NCBI GenBank assembly: GCA_963635115.1
Contig: CAVHEN010000014.1
Coordinates: 168-64,167, forward strand
Length of the DNA stretch: 64,000 bases
Direction of reading: 5' to 3'
Source: Oscillospiraceae bacterium
GTDB lineage: Bacteria; Bacteroidota; Bacteroidia; Bacteroidales; Bacteroidaceae
The notes below the pieces were generated by a model that was not told the DNA's origin, made no database searches, and was given only the letters and a program-made list of their open reading frames with translations. Shown here piece after piece: positions 38,736 to 48,200 of the stretch (position 1 is its first letter; each line of letters begins with the position of its first letter). The translations under genes and the position numbers were made by a program.

Positions 38736-40247
38736 ATGAACAGAAGAATAGTAGTGGCGACCTTGGCGTGCCTGTGCGCGGCAGCGTGCGTGGCACAGTC
38801 GTCGCGCCGTTATATCATCGACGGAGAGCTGACCCGCGACAGTTTGCGCAACACGCCGCAGGCCATAAAGAAGGTCTACCTCAAGCGTGTGGTCAATGGA
38901 GAGGAGATACTTGCCGACTCTGCCGTTGTCACCAACCGCCGTTTCCATTTTGAGGGCATCGCGCCCGAATATGTAGAGGCGGCAATGATCACCGGCTTCG
39001 ACAATGGCGCGGCACAGTTTCTCCTTGAGCCAGGCAACATAAAGTTCAAGCCATTTGACGGCCACTTCCCCGTAGCCGCAAAGGCTTATGGCACAAAGAA
39101 CAACGATGTCTTCGCTGGATATGCCAAGCTCTACGACAAGAACGCCGAGGATTCAAAGAAGAACATAGAGAAGCTGAGAGCGTCGCTGCCCGACAGCATT
39201 ACCAGCGACGACCGCAAATACCTGCCTTACCACGGTGCGATGTTCAATGCCAACGGTGTGTACTACAAGGCCGACGTGATGGATTATTTCTTGAAGAACG
39301 TGGATTGCGCGGCAAGCCTGTTCATCTTGAAGTATGACCTTTACTATATGTTCAAGCCGCAATACCTTCACGACGTATTCATGGCGGCGGTGCCAGAGAG
39401 CATGCGCAAGCACCCTTTGTATAAGGAGCTTGAGAACCACCTGCTCTCAAGCAACATGGCGGAGGGAAGCCCTGCGCCCGACTTCACCGCCCTGACCACG
39501 GATGGCAAGTCGTTGTCGCTGTCGCAGTTGCGTGGCAAATACGTGTTTCTCGACATTTGGGCCTCGTGGTGCGCGCCTTGCCGCCGCGAGATTCCTTTCG
39601 TCAAGCAGGCGTTGGCTGAGGCAAAGGGCAAGGACAATTTCAAGGTTCTGAGCTATTCCATAGACAGCAAGAGGGCTGACTGGGTCAACTGCATCGACAA
39701 GCAGCAGATGACCGACGGCAATTGGATTCACGTGTCCACGCTTAAAGCATGGTCTTCGGACATCATACGCCTTTACAATGTGCGCGGCGTGCCTCACACG
39801 GTGCTTATCGACCCTGCCGGCAATGTGGTGAAGTTCAACTTGCGTGGCGAGGAGCTCGTCAGCACGGTGAAAGATATCTTGAGCAAGCCTTTCAAGGCCC
39901 AGGCGAAGAAGGCTGAGGCTCAGGCCGCGACCGAGACAATGGAGCCGTTCAAGGCTGCCACGGCGAAGGATAAGCAACTGTATGACGAATATGAGGCGAT
40001 AGCCAAGCGAGGCGACTTGCAAGAGATAGCCAAGCTGGAAGCGCGCCTGAGGTTCGTACTCGACCACAACGACTCTCCCGTGGCTCCATACCTCTTGGAG
40101 CGCGACTTCCTGCCCATTCTCGACAAGGCTTACGACCAGCGTCTTATGAACGCCCTCTCGCCGACATTGGCTGGCAACGAATACGCCAAGTCGTTCGCCG
40201 ACAAGGTGACGGAATTGCTTGGCGAGGAAGACGACGAGAAGATGTGA
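38736..40247 (+). CDS. TlpA-family oxidoreductase with extra C-terminal helical domain
   Basis: Signal peptide, APDFTA, DIWASWCAPC, GVPHTVLID. Confidence 0.88.
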   Translation: MNRRIVVATLACLCAAACVAQSSRRYIIDGELTRDSLRNTPQAIKKVYLKRVVNGEEILADSAVVTNRRFHFEGIAPEYVEAAMITGFDNGAAQFLLEPGNIKFKPFDGHFPVAAKAYGTKNNDVFAGYAKLYDKNAEDSKKNIEKLRASLPDSITSDDRKYLPYHGAMFNANGVYYKADVMDYFLKNVDCAASLFILKYDLYYMFKPQYLHDVFMAAVPESMRKHPLYKELENHLLSSNMAEGSPAPDFTALTTDGKSLSLSQLRGKYVFLDIWASWCAPCRREIPFVKQALAEAKGKDNFKVLSYSIDSKRADWVNCIDKQQMTDGNWIHVSTLKAWSSDIIRLYNVRGVPHTVLIDPAGNVVKFNLRGEELVSTVKDILSKPFKAQAKKAEAQAATETMEPFKAATAKDKQLYDEYEAIAKRGDLQEIAKLEARLRFVLDHNDSPVAPYLLERDFLPILDKAYDQRLMNALSPTLAGNEYAKSFADKVTELLGEEDDEKM

Positions 40248-40263
40248 TAAAGCCGTATTCGAC

Positions 40264-40375
40264 ATTGCGCTGAAAGGGCTGCGGCGTTGCGCTGAAATCG
40301 CGTTGCCTTTACGCCGCGAAGGCAACGCGATTACGATGGAAAGGCAACGCCTCTGCGCCGCGAAGGGAAAGCGGC
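40264..40375. repeat. 22-bp minisatellite element, copy 6 (internally inverted)
   Basis: AATCGCGTTGCCTT-N9-AAGGCAACGCGATT at 40296-40332. Confidence 0.7.
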
Positions 40376-40417
40376 ACGCTGCAGGGCACGTGAGGCTGAC
40401 ATTGAACACCCGAAACG

Positions 40418-40459
40418 AAAGCAGGGGGAAAGATCTTGATGACCTTTCCCCCTGCTTTT
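40418..40459. terminator. Bidirectional terminator between the SusCD locus and glpT
   Basis: AAAGCAGGGGGAAAG/CTTTCCCCCTGCTTTT. Confidence 0.8.
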
Positions 40460-40500
40460 GTTTATGGGGTTGTTGGCTCGTGGCTTAGATGCCGACGAGG

Positions 40501-41886
40501 CTATTCCTTGTTCTTTACCAAGTATTGCTCCTTGCTGTAAGTGAGCAGCATGAAGACTATCGCCATGGCGCAGGCTGCCATGAGGAGGATGAATGTCCAG
40601 CCCCAGCCGGCGTGCTCAGACACGAAGCCGATGACGACATTGGCGAGAAGGGCGGTGCCCAACACGTAGCCCATGAATCCGGTGAGGCCGGCTGCCGTGC
40701 CTGCCGCGTTCTTAGGTGCGAGGTCCAAGGCTTGCACGCCGATGAGCATCACAGGGCCGTAGATGAAGAAACCGATGCCGATGAGGCAGGCTATGACCAC
40801 ATTGATGTTGTCGAGGTTCTGCCAATAGATGAAGATGAACACTGCCACCACTGCCATGAACAGCATGGTGGGGATGGCACGGCGACCCTTGAACACGTGG
40901 TCGGAGAGCCAACCGCAGATGATGGTGCCCGGGATCGCGGCTATCTCGTAGGCGAAATATGCCCATCCGGCTTCCTTGATGTTGATGCCTTTCTCGGTGA
41001 GGATGGTCGGCGCCCAGTCGAGGCAACCGTAGCGCACCATGTAGACGAAGGCGTTGGCGAAGGCGATATACCAAAGGAAACGGTTGGAGAGCACCGTGCG
41101 GAAAATCTCTTTTGTCGACAACACTTCCTCTGCCTTGGCTGAGTAAGTGTCGGAATACTCGCCGCGCCACTTCTCGATGGAGGGCAGACCGCACGATTGC
41201 GGGGTGTCGCGTATGAGGCTGTAGGCTACGATTGCCACGAGTATTGCCACGCAAGCGGGGAAGAGGTATGTGCCAATGAGAAAATAGCGCTGCGCGTCGG
41301 CACCGTAGAACCATGACCCGAACCACATGGCGCCATACACTGCCATAGGGCCGACCAAGGCTCCGCCGACGTTGTGGGCGCAGTTCCATACCGACATCCA
41401 TGTGCCTCGCTCCTTGATGGAGAACCAGTGGGTCATCACTCTGCCGCAGGGAGGCCAACCCATGCCGTTGAACCAACCCACGAGGAAGTTGAGCGCTGCC
41501 ATCAAGGCTATTGCCCATGCCTTGTGCTCGGGGCCAATGCATTGCACGGGCACGATCATGAACATCATTGATAGGGCGGCGAGGATAAGGCCCAAGGGGA
41601 GGAAGCGACGCGCGTTGCTGCGGTCGGAGACGCTTGCCATGATAAACTTGGAGAAACCGTAGGCGATGGCGTTCATCGACAGCACGATGCCAAGCTCGTC
41701 TTTCTCGAAGCCGAAGGGAGCGAGCATTGGAATGGCCATTGAGAAGTTTTTGCGGACGATATAGAATCCGGCATAGCCAATGAAGATGCCAAAAAATACT
41801 TGCCATCGCAGTTTGCGGTAGCGTGCGTCGGCCTCGGGGCCAGTCTGCTCAGCTTTGAAGGCTGGCGGCGTTAAAAATTTCCACAT
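40501..41886 (-). CDS. glpT: Glycerol-3-phosphate:Pi antiporter (OPA/MFS)
   Basis: YIVRKNF, GMGWPPCGR, ERG..WNCAHNVGG, RDTPQSCGLP, AAGTAAG. Confidence 0.9.
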   Translation of the reverse strand: MWKFLTPPAFKAEQTGPEADARYRKLRWQVFFGIFIGYAGFYIVRKNFSMAIPMLAPFGFEKDELGIVLSMNAIAYGFSKFIMASVSDRSNARRFLPLGLILAALSMMFMIVPVQCIGPEHKAWAIALMAALNFLVGWFNGMGWPPCGRVMTHWFSIKERGTWMSVWNCAHNVGGALVGPMAVYGAMWFGSWFYGADAQRYFLIGTYLFPACVAILVAIVAYSLIRDTPQSCGLPSIEKWRGEYSDTYSAKAEEVLSTKEIFRTVLSNRFLWYIAFANAFVYMVRYGCLDWAPTILTEKGINIKEAGWAYFAYEIAAIPGTIICGWLSDHVFKGRRAIPTMLFMAVVAVFIFIYWQNLDNINVVIACLIGIGFFIYGPVMLIGVQALDLAPKNAAGTAAGLTGFMGYVLGTALLANVVIGFVSEHAGWGWTFILLMAACAMAIVFMLLTYSKEQYLVKNKE

Positions 41887-42146
41887 GTTATTGTAGGGTT
41901 TGGTTTAGTTGATTGGTTGTCTTGTGGTTCCGCGTTTGCGCGCTCAGTTTCGTTTGTGCCACAAAGTTACATCAAAATGCTTTTATTTGAAAATATTCAA
42001 CACCTTTTGTTGCCTTGATTAACTTTCATTTCATGTTTCCGCGACGCGGTATCGTGTCTTAATGGGTTATCTAACAAGCTTTCATGTTGAATCCTGCGGA
42101 TGGAATGTCGCGTTGAATGCCTTCTTGCTGATATTAATATTATACG

Positions 42147-42179
42147 AAAAAGCCCCAGCTCGTGAAAGCTGAGGCTCTT
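42147..42179 (-). terminator. Terminator after the porin-like gene
   Basis: AGCCCCAGCT/AGCTGAGGCT stem with T-tract on the minus strand. Confidence 0.7.
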
Positions 42180-42202
42180 CCTATTAGTGTTTCAGAGTGT
42201 GT

Positions 42203-42964
42203 CTACAGGTTGATGAGCGTTACGCTTGCCCTGAAGTAGGCCTTGTTTGCCTCCGGGTTCCACATCATCTGGCCAGACACTGGGAAGTCGAACTTGCCGA
42301 TCTTCAGCTTGTAAGTGGCGCCGAGACGGATGTCGTTGATGCCTGCTGACTTTCCGTAGAGGTTGTTGTTCTCCCCTGGATACTTCTTCTTGTCGTATGG
42401 GTTGAGAGCGAACACGCCGCCCACGGAAGCGTCCACAGCCCAGTCCTTGCTGTCGTAGATGCGATAGCTCGCCTGCACGAAGGTGGAGTAGACGTTCTGC
42501 TCGTTGGCATTGCCACGGTCACGACCCACGAGGAGCGTCGCCCACGAGAGGGTGAGTGGGAAGCCGGCTTTCGCGCTAAAGTCGTAGCTGATGGCAGCGT
42601 CGAGGAGGTGTGATGTGTTGTGGGCGTTCCAATAGAAGTACTTTCCGTTGCCCGGGATGCCAGCTGAGAAGTTCCACAAGTCCCAAACGGCGATGTTGAA
42701 GCCGCTGTGGTTGAAGTTGAGGTAGACGTCAGCCTCCTTGTAGTCGCCGTCGGTCGACATTCCGCCCCACAAGCCAATCTTGAAGTGGTTGTTGTTGTCG
42801 CTGAGGGACACGTCGTTGTTGAAAATCAGTCCGTTTCCAACCTCAAGACCACGCCAGAGGTGTGATGTCTCCAAGCTGGCAGACTCGTGTAGCTTCTGTG
42901 CCTGTGTGCTCAATGGAAGAAGAGATATCGCCGCCAGGCATAAGATTTTGCCAATATTTCTCAT
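42203..42964 (-). CDS. Putative outer-membrane beta-barrel (TorF/Gcw_chp-like)
   Basis: Signal peptide, SHLWRG, GLWGG, YKEADVY, amphipathic strands. Confidence 0.6.
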   Translation of the reverse strand: MRNIGKILCLAAISLLPLSTQAQKLHESASLETSHLWRGLEVGNGLIFNNDVSLSDNNNHFKIGLWGGMSTDGDYKEADVYLNFNHSGFNIAVWDLWNFSAGIPGNGKYFYWNAHNTSHLLDAAISYDFSAKAGFPLTLSWATLLVGRDRGNANEQNVYSTFVQASYRIYDSKDWAVDASVGGVFALNPYDKKKYPGENNNLYGKSAGINDIRLGATYKLKIGKFDFPVSGQMMWNPEANKAYFRASVTLINL

Positions 42965-43027
42965 AGGAGTTTTCTTAAAATGGTTTTGTGTTTATCACTT
43001 CTTGATAGTTCGCGTTTTGTTCCGCGT

Positions 43028-43783
43028 TTAGAGGCTCATGAGCCAAATGCCGCAGAGACCTGCAACGGCGCCGCCGAGCACTGGACCCACGACGGGAACC
43101 CAAGAGTATGCCCAGTCGGGATCGCGCTTGTCCTTAATCGGGCAAATGGCGTATGCGATACGTGGAGCAAGGTCACGGGCAGGATTCATGGCGTATCCTG
43201 TGGTGCCGCCAAGCGACATGCCAAGGGCTACGATGACATAAGTGATTGGCACAGGACCAAGGGCTGAGAGGCCGAACGTGTTGCTCTCTGGGCAGTATGT
43301 GTTGCCCTTTGTGCCGAAGGCGATGATGAGGAACACCAGCATGAAGGTGGCGATGAACTCGCTGATGACGTTGCTGGAATAGTTGCGGATGGCAGGAGCC
43401 GTGCAGAACACGCCAAGTTTGGTGTCCTTGTCCTCTGTTGCGTCGAAGTGATCTTTGTAGAACAACCACACAACGATGCCGCCAAGAACGCCGCCAATCA
43501 TCTGGCCAGCTACGTATGCGGGAACGGCAGCCCATGAGAACTTGCCGGCAATGGCAAGACCTACAGAGACGGCAGGATTAAGGTGAGCACCCGTGTAAGG
43601 GCCAGCGATGAGCACGCCCATGCAGACGGCGAGACCCCAGCCGAGGGTGATGACGACCCAGCCTGCTCCTTGGGCTTTACTCTTGTTCAGACTGACAGCA
43701 CAGCAAACGCCGTCTCCGAATAACACAAGCACCAATGTGCCGATCAATTCCATAAGGAACTGTGTAGTCATAGTATACTCCAT
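43028..43783 (-). CDS. glpF: Glycerol uptake facilitator (aquaglyceroporin)
   Basis: GAHLNPAV and GYAMNPARD. Confidence 0.93.
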   Translation of the reverse strand: MEYTMTTQFLMELIGTLVLVLFGDGVCCAVSLNKSKAQGAGWVVITLGWGLAVCMGVLIAGPYTGAHLNPAVSVGLAIAGKFSWAAVPAYVAGQMIGGVLGGIVVWLFYKDHFDATEDKDTKLGVFCTAPAIRNYSSNVISEFIATFMLVFLIIAFGTKGNTYCPESNTFGLSALGPVPITYVIVALGMSLGGTTGYAMNPARDLAPRIAYAICPIKDKRDPDWAYSWVPVVGPVLGGAVAGLCGIWLMSL

Positions 43784-43836
43784 AGTGATTTAGTTTTGGT
43801 TTATAAAAGTGTTTATGTTTCCCCTCCCGGGTTAGC

Positions 43837-43879
43837 GTCCCGCCTTTCCCTTGTTTTGGCAAAGGGGAAAGGCGAGGAC
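43837..43879 (-). other. Strong intercistronic hairpin between glpK and glpF
   Basis: GTCCCGCCTTTCCC/GGGAAAGGCGAGGAC; no T-tract on the minus strand. Confidence 0.5.
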
Positions 43880-43887
43880 GTGATGGT

Positions 43888-45375
43888 TTACTTGTGTGTC
43901 AATGTGCGCTGAATGGCGTCCTTCCAACCTTCCTTGGCGTTCTTGATCTCCTCGTTCTCAGGAACTGGGTTGAACGTGCGCTCAACTTGCCACTGGCTCT
44001 TGATCTCGTCGATGTCTTTCCAGAAGCCGACTGCGAGACCAGCGAGATAAGCTGCGCCGAGGGCCGTTGTCTCCGTGATCTTCGGGCGTACCACAGGAAC
44101 GCCAAGGAGATTAGACTGGAACTGCATGAGCAGGTTGTTGCGTGAAGCTCCACCGTCGACCTTCAACTCCGTGAGAGGAGCGCCGAGGTCTTTTGCCATG
44201 GCCTGTGCGATGTCGTAGGTCTGGAACGCGATGCCGTCGAGGGCGGCGCGTGCGATGTGTGCGCGAGTCGTGCCGCGCGTGATGCCTACGATGGTGCCGC
44301 GTGCGTACTGATCCCAATAAGGAGCGGCAAGACCTGTAAGGGCAGGCACGAAGTAAACGCCGCCACTGTCAGTCACTGATGATGCAAGCTCTTCAACCTC
44401 GCCGCTGCTCTTGATGAAGCCGAGGCCGTCGCGAAGCCACTGGACCACGCTGCCGCCAACATAGATAGAGCCTTCAAGTGCGTATTTCACCTTGTCGCCA
44501 ATCTTCCATGCCACGGTTGTGAGGAGGTTGTTCTTGGAGAGCAAAGGCTTGTCGCCAATGTTCAGCATCACGAAGCAACCGGTGCCGTAAGTGTTCTTGA
44601 TAGAGCCTGGCTCAAGGCACATCTGGCCGAAGAGGGCGCTCTGCTGGTCGCCGGCGATACCTGCGATAGGCACCTCGTGGGCAAAGATCGTGGTCTTCGT
44701 GTGGCCGTAGACCTCAGAGGAAGACTTCACCTCTGGCATCATGCTGCGAGGAATGTCGAGGAGCTTCAGCAAGTCCTCGTCCCACTGCAAGGTGTTGATG
44801 TTGAACAACATCGTGCGGCTGGCATTGGTGACGTCGGTGCAGTGAACCTCGCCGCGCGTCAGGCGCCAAACGAGCCAAGAGTCTACGTTACCGAAACGCA
44901 GCTTGCCCTTCTCGGCGCGCTCGCGTGCGCCCGGAACGTTGTCAAGTATCCATTTGATCTTCGTGCCGCTGAAATAGGCGTCGATGATGAGGCCGGTCTT
45001 CTCGCGAACCTTGTCTACGAGGCCCTGCGCTTTCAGCTTGTCGCAGAACTCTGCCGTGCGGCGGTCCTGCCAAACTATGGCGTTGTAGATTGGCTCCTCG
45101 GTGTCGACGTCCCACACTATGGTCGTCTCGCGCTGGTTGGTGATGCCTATGGCGGCGATGTCGAGGCCGTTGATGTCGATGGCTGAGATGGCCTCTGCTA
45201 TGACGGAAGCCTCAGATGACCAAATCTCGTTGGGGTCATGCTCTACCCATCCTGGTTTCGGGAAGTGCTGTGTAAACTCTTTTTGTGCAACACTGCAAAT
45301 CTTTCCGCTATGGTCAAAAACGATCGCGCGGGAGCTGGTAGTTCCCTGGTCAAGAGCTAAGATGTACTTTTGCAT
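43888..45375 (-). CDS. glpK: Glycerol kinase
   Basis: [41 protein letters not shown]. Confidence 0.97.
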   Translation of the reverse strand: MQKYILALDQGTTSSRAIVFDHSGKICSVAQKEFTQHFPKPGWVEHDPNEIWSSEASVIAEAISAIDINGLDIAAIGITNQRETTIVWDVDTEEPIYNAIVWQDRRTAEFCDKLKAQGLVDKVREKTGLIIDAYFSGTKIKWILDNVPGARERAEKGKLRFGNVDSWLVWRLTRGEVHCTDVTNASRTMLFNINTLQWDEDLLKLLDIPRSMMPEVKSSSEVYGHTKTTIFAHEVPIAGIAGDQQSALFGQMCLEPGSIKNTYGTGCFVMLNIGDKPLLSKNNLLTTVAWKIGDKVKYALEGSIYVGGSVVQWLRDGLGFIKSSGEVEELASSVTDSGGVYFVPALTGLAAPYWDQYARGTIVGITRGTTRAHIARAALDGIAFQTYDIAQAMAKDLGAPLTELKVDGGASRNNLLMQFQSNLLGVPVVRPKITETTALGAAYLAGLAVGFWKDIDEIKSQWQVERTFNPVPENEEIKNAKEGWKDAIQRTLTHK

Positions 45376-45629
45376 AGTAATTGAGTTTTTAAGTTTGTGA
45401 TATGTTTTAGAACAGCCGCCGTCTGACGATTGCTCTGGTTCTTATTTTGCTGTGTAATAGCTATAAACATAAAGAGCAACTTTGCTATTCCCATGTGGCA
45501 AAAATAGGTAAAAAAGCAATAGACTCCAAATGTTTTGGCTTCTTTTTTGTGGTTTTATTTCCTTTTTAAGGTTCTTTGTTGCGCATTCAAGGCTATGGCT
45601 GTCACAGCTTTATGCCTCGAAGGTTTGGG

Positions 45630-45687
45630 CCTTGTTCCCACCCTGTCGCATGCAATTGACTCCTCAATTGGCAGGGTGGGAATAGGG
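45630..45687 (-). terminator. Long hairpin after glpC
   Basis: TTCCCACCCTG...CAGGGTGGGAA stem. Confidence 0.55.
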
Positions 45688-45688
45688 T

Positions 45689-46942
45689 TTACTGGTTCAA
45701 CTTCCTTGTGGCTTCCACGTCTATGGCCTGGGCAAGGAGCGAGATTGGGTTCTCCACGGTGACGCCTGTCGACATCTCAATCTGCCATTTGCAGGTCTCG
45801 CAGTCGGTGGTCACGCAGTCGGGATTCACCTCGCGAATCTGGTCGAAGAGCGGCGCGCCGATCTTCTGTGAGCGCTCGTAGTTCTCCTTCTTGAATCCGT
45901 AGGTTCCGGAGATGCCGCAGCAACGACTTTCGAGGATGGTAAGGTCGAGCCCCGGGATCATCTTCAACAGTTGGATTGAATACACGCTCCAGCCCATTCG
46001 CTCCATGTGACAAGCAGTGTGGTATGCTGCCTTCTTGTGGAAGTCTTTGCGGAAGGCGAGCTTTATCTTGCCCTCGTCGATCTTCTGGCAGAGGAATCGA
46101 GTGGCAATCATCAGGCTGTCGCGCACCTTGCTGTTGTCGATGTCGAGCAAGTCCTTGTATTCGTCGCGCATGGTGAACGTGCAGGTTGAGCTTGTGGTGA
46201 GCACCGCCTCGTTGCCGCCGTTGACCGCTTTCTCCATTGAGGTTATGTTGACCTCGCCTTGCTTCTTCGCTTGTTGTGGGAGTCCGTTGGCGATGAGCGC
46301 CACGCCGCAGCATTTCTCTTTCTCCAAGAGGCGAACGCCATAGCCGCACGCGTTCATGACCTTCACGAAGTCCTTGCCAAGTTGCGGGAAATTGTAGTTG
46401 ACGTAGCAGCCGTGGAAATAGCTGACGAAGTGCTTGTGTTCCTGCTGCTCAGGCTCAGCCTCCTGGTGGAACCAGGTCTCAAACTTCTTGCCGGCGTATG
46501 CGGGGAACTGGCGGTGCTGGTCAATCTTCATCACCTTGTCGAGGACGACCTTGGCTGGCTTCAGTCCGAGGAAGAAGTTGGTCAGCGGCGCCACGAGCGT
46601 TGCCATTGAGCCGACGAAGTCGGTGCTGGCAAGCATCTTGTCGCGCAAGCTTGGCGCGTGCGTGCTGAACTCCATTCGTGCGGCTTGTATGATGTCGCCC
46701 ACCTTGACGCCGTTGGGGCAAGCCACCTCGCATCGCTTGCAGTTGAGGCATAGCTTCAGGGTCTCGTTGAAGAAGTCGGGGTCCTTCAGGCGATAGCGCA
46801 GCAAGTCAGGACCGGCATGCTTGGGGCCAGGATACTTAGGCTCCACGGAAGACACTGGGCAATACGCTGTGCAGATGCCGCACTTGAGGCATTGCTCGTA
46901 GTCGTGTTCGCTGAGGTTTCTTATTTGTATCTTCTCTTGCAT
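45689..46942 (-). CDS. glpC: Anaerobic G3P dehydrogenase subunit C
   Basis: Two CxxCxxCxxxCP motifs, FHGC, CCG motifs, CCGISGTYGFK. Confidence 0.95.
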   Translation of the reverse strand: MQEKIQIRNLSEHDYEQCLKCGICTAYCPVSSVEPKYPGPKHAGPDLLRYRLKDPDFFNETLKLCLNCKRCEVACPNGVKVGDIIQAARMEFSTHAPSLRDKMLASTDFVGSMATLVAPLTNFFLGLKPAKVVLDKVMKIDQHRQFPAYAGKKFETWFHQEAEPEQQEHKHFVSYFHGCYVNYNFPQLGKDFVKVMNACGYGVRLLEKEKCCGVALIANGLPQQAKKQGEVNITSMEKAVNGGNEAVLTTSSTCTFTMRDEYKDLLDIDNSKVRDSLMIATRFLCQKIDEGKIKLAFRKDFHKKAAYHTACHMERMGWSVYSIQLLKMIPGLDLTILESRCCGISGTYGFKKENYERSQKIGAPLFDQIREVNPDCVTTDCETCKWQIEMSTGVTVENPISLLAQAIDVEATRKLNQ

Positions 46943-46947
46943 AGCTT

Positions 46948-48195
46948 TTATCTTTTATCGGATGATGTTAGGGTTGAAGCCACGGCAAGAGCCGTCAGCA
47001 AGTCGATACCCGTTGATGTCGCCATGCGTGGGTCGTTGCCGCTGAGGATGGAACCGATGGCATACACATTATCTAATGTCTGACCGTTCTTTGTCGCTTG
47101 CAGGCCGTCGCCTGTCTTCACGCCAAACGATTGGTAAGGCTGCTTGTCGTAGAGGTTATACGAGGTCCACTTCGTGCGGTCGTCGTCGGCTTCCACGTCG
47201 AGGTCCAGTATCGGCTCGCGCACGCCCTCATAGTCGGACTTCATGCCGCCGCCAAGGAACGAGCCTGACGCGAACACGAAGTTGTCGGCTTCGAGAGCCG
47301 TCTCGCCCAACTTGTCGGCATGAACCTTCTTCAGATGCAGTCCGTCCAGCTCGCCTTTCACGATGGTGTTGTTGGGAATCAGTGTGCCGCCCAGCTTCTG
47401 GAAATACTGGCGCAGGAGCGTCTGCACGCGAATGCCAGGCACCGACGGCGGCATCGTGGCGATGAAGCGTGTGGCCACGGGCATGCTGTCTTGCAAAAGC
47501 TTCGCGGCGTGTTCGTTTGCCACTCCCAGCACGGCAGGCAGGAGCAGGAGGTCAATGCCAGCCGGCACGGCGGCTTTCAGCTTCTCTGCCACGTCCTTCA
47601 CGTTGTTGTCGTTGGCGAGGTAGCTGGCGATGTTTGTGGCGCGCATCTCCGTTGGGCTCTGCCTTGCGTGCTCAAGGAGAGGCGTCGTCACGGTGCAGAG
47701 GCTCACCTCAGCGCCATAGCCACGCAAGCCGTTGGCGATGTAAGGCACGGGGAAATCGAGGAACCCCGTGATGTTGGCGAGGCAAACCTTCTTGCCCTTG
47801 AGCTCCTCGGCGCTGCCAACGGTGAAGAGTCCGTCCATGGTCAGCCATGTCGGTATGAGCTTGCCGATGGGCGACAGGCGGTAGTGGTTCTTGTGGCAGT
47901 CGCCTTGCGTGCCGATGCCAGCCTCTTCGAGCAGAGCCTTGGCCTCAGTGGCGAGGGCCTCCAGGTCTTTCACCTTGCCGTAGGGGTGGCTTGTGGGCAG
48001 TTGGCCCGCGGCCTTTGTAGGGTCGTCCACTTCCTTGCCATCGTTGTAGCCGATGAGGTCGAACGAGCCAGAGTTGAAGTGCAGGCTGCTTTGTCCGCCG
48101 CTTACCACGGCGGCTTTTTTGCCTTTCTTGGCGAGGGCGATGGCGCACGTCAGTCCGCTCAGTCCGCCACCTATTATTATAGTATCGAATTTCAT
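46948..48195 (-). CDS. glpB: Anaerobic G3P dehydrogenase subunit B
   Basis: IIGGGLSG, GQSSLHFNSG, TMPPSVPGIR, ASGSF. Confidence 0.93.
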   Translation of the reverse strand: MKFDTIIIGGGLSGLTCAIALAKKGKKAAVVSGGQSSLHFNSGSFDLIGYNDGKEVDDPTKAAGQLPTSHPYGKVKDLEALATEAKALLEEAGIGTQGDCHKNHYRLSPIGKLIPTWLTMDGLFTVGSAEELKGKKVCLANITGFLDFPVPYIANGLRGYGAEVSLCTVTTPLLEHARQSPTEMRATNIASYLANDNNVKDVAEKLKAAVPAGIDLLLLPAVLGVANEHAAKLLQDSMPVATRFIATMPPSVPGIRVQTLLRQYFQKLGGTLIPNNTIVKGELDGLHLKKVHADKLGETALEADNFVFASGSFLGGGMKSDYEGVREPILDLDVEADDDRTKWTSYNLYDKQPYQSFGVKTGDGLQATKNGQTLDNVYAIGSILSGNDPRMATSTGIDLLTALAVASTLTSSDKR

Positions 48196-48200
48196 TGTTG

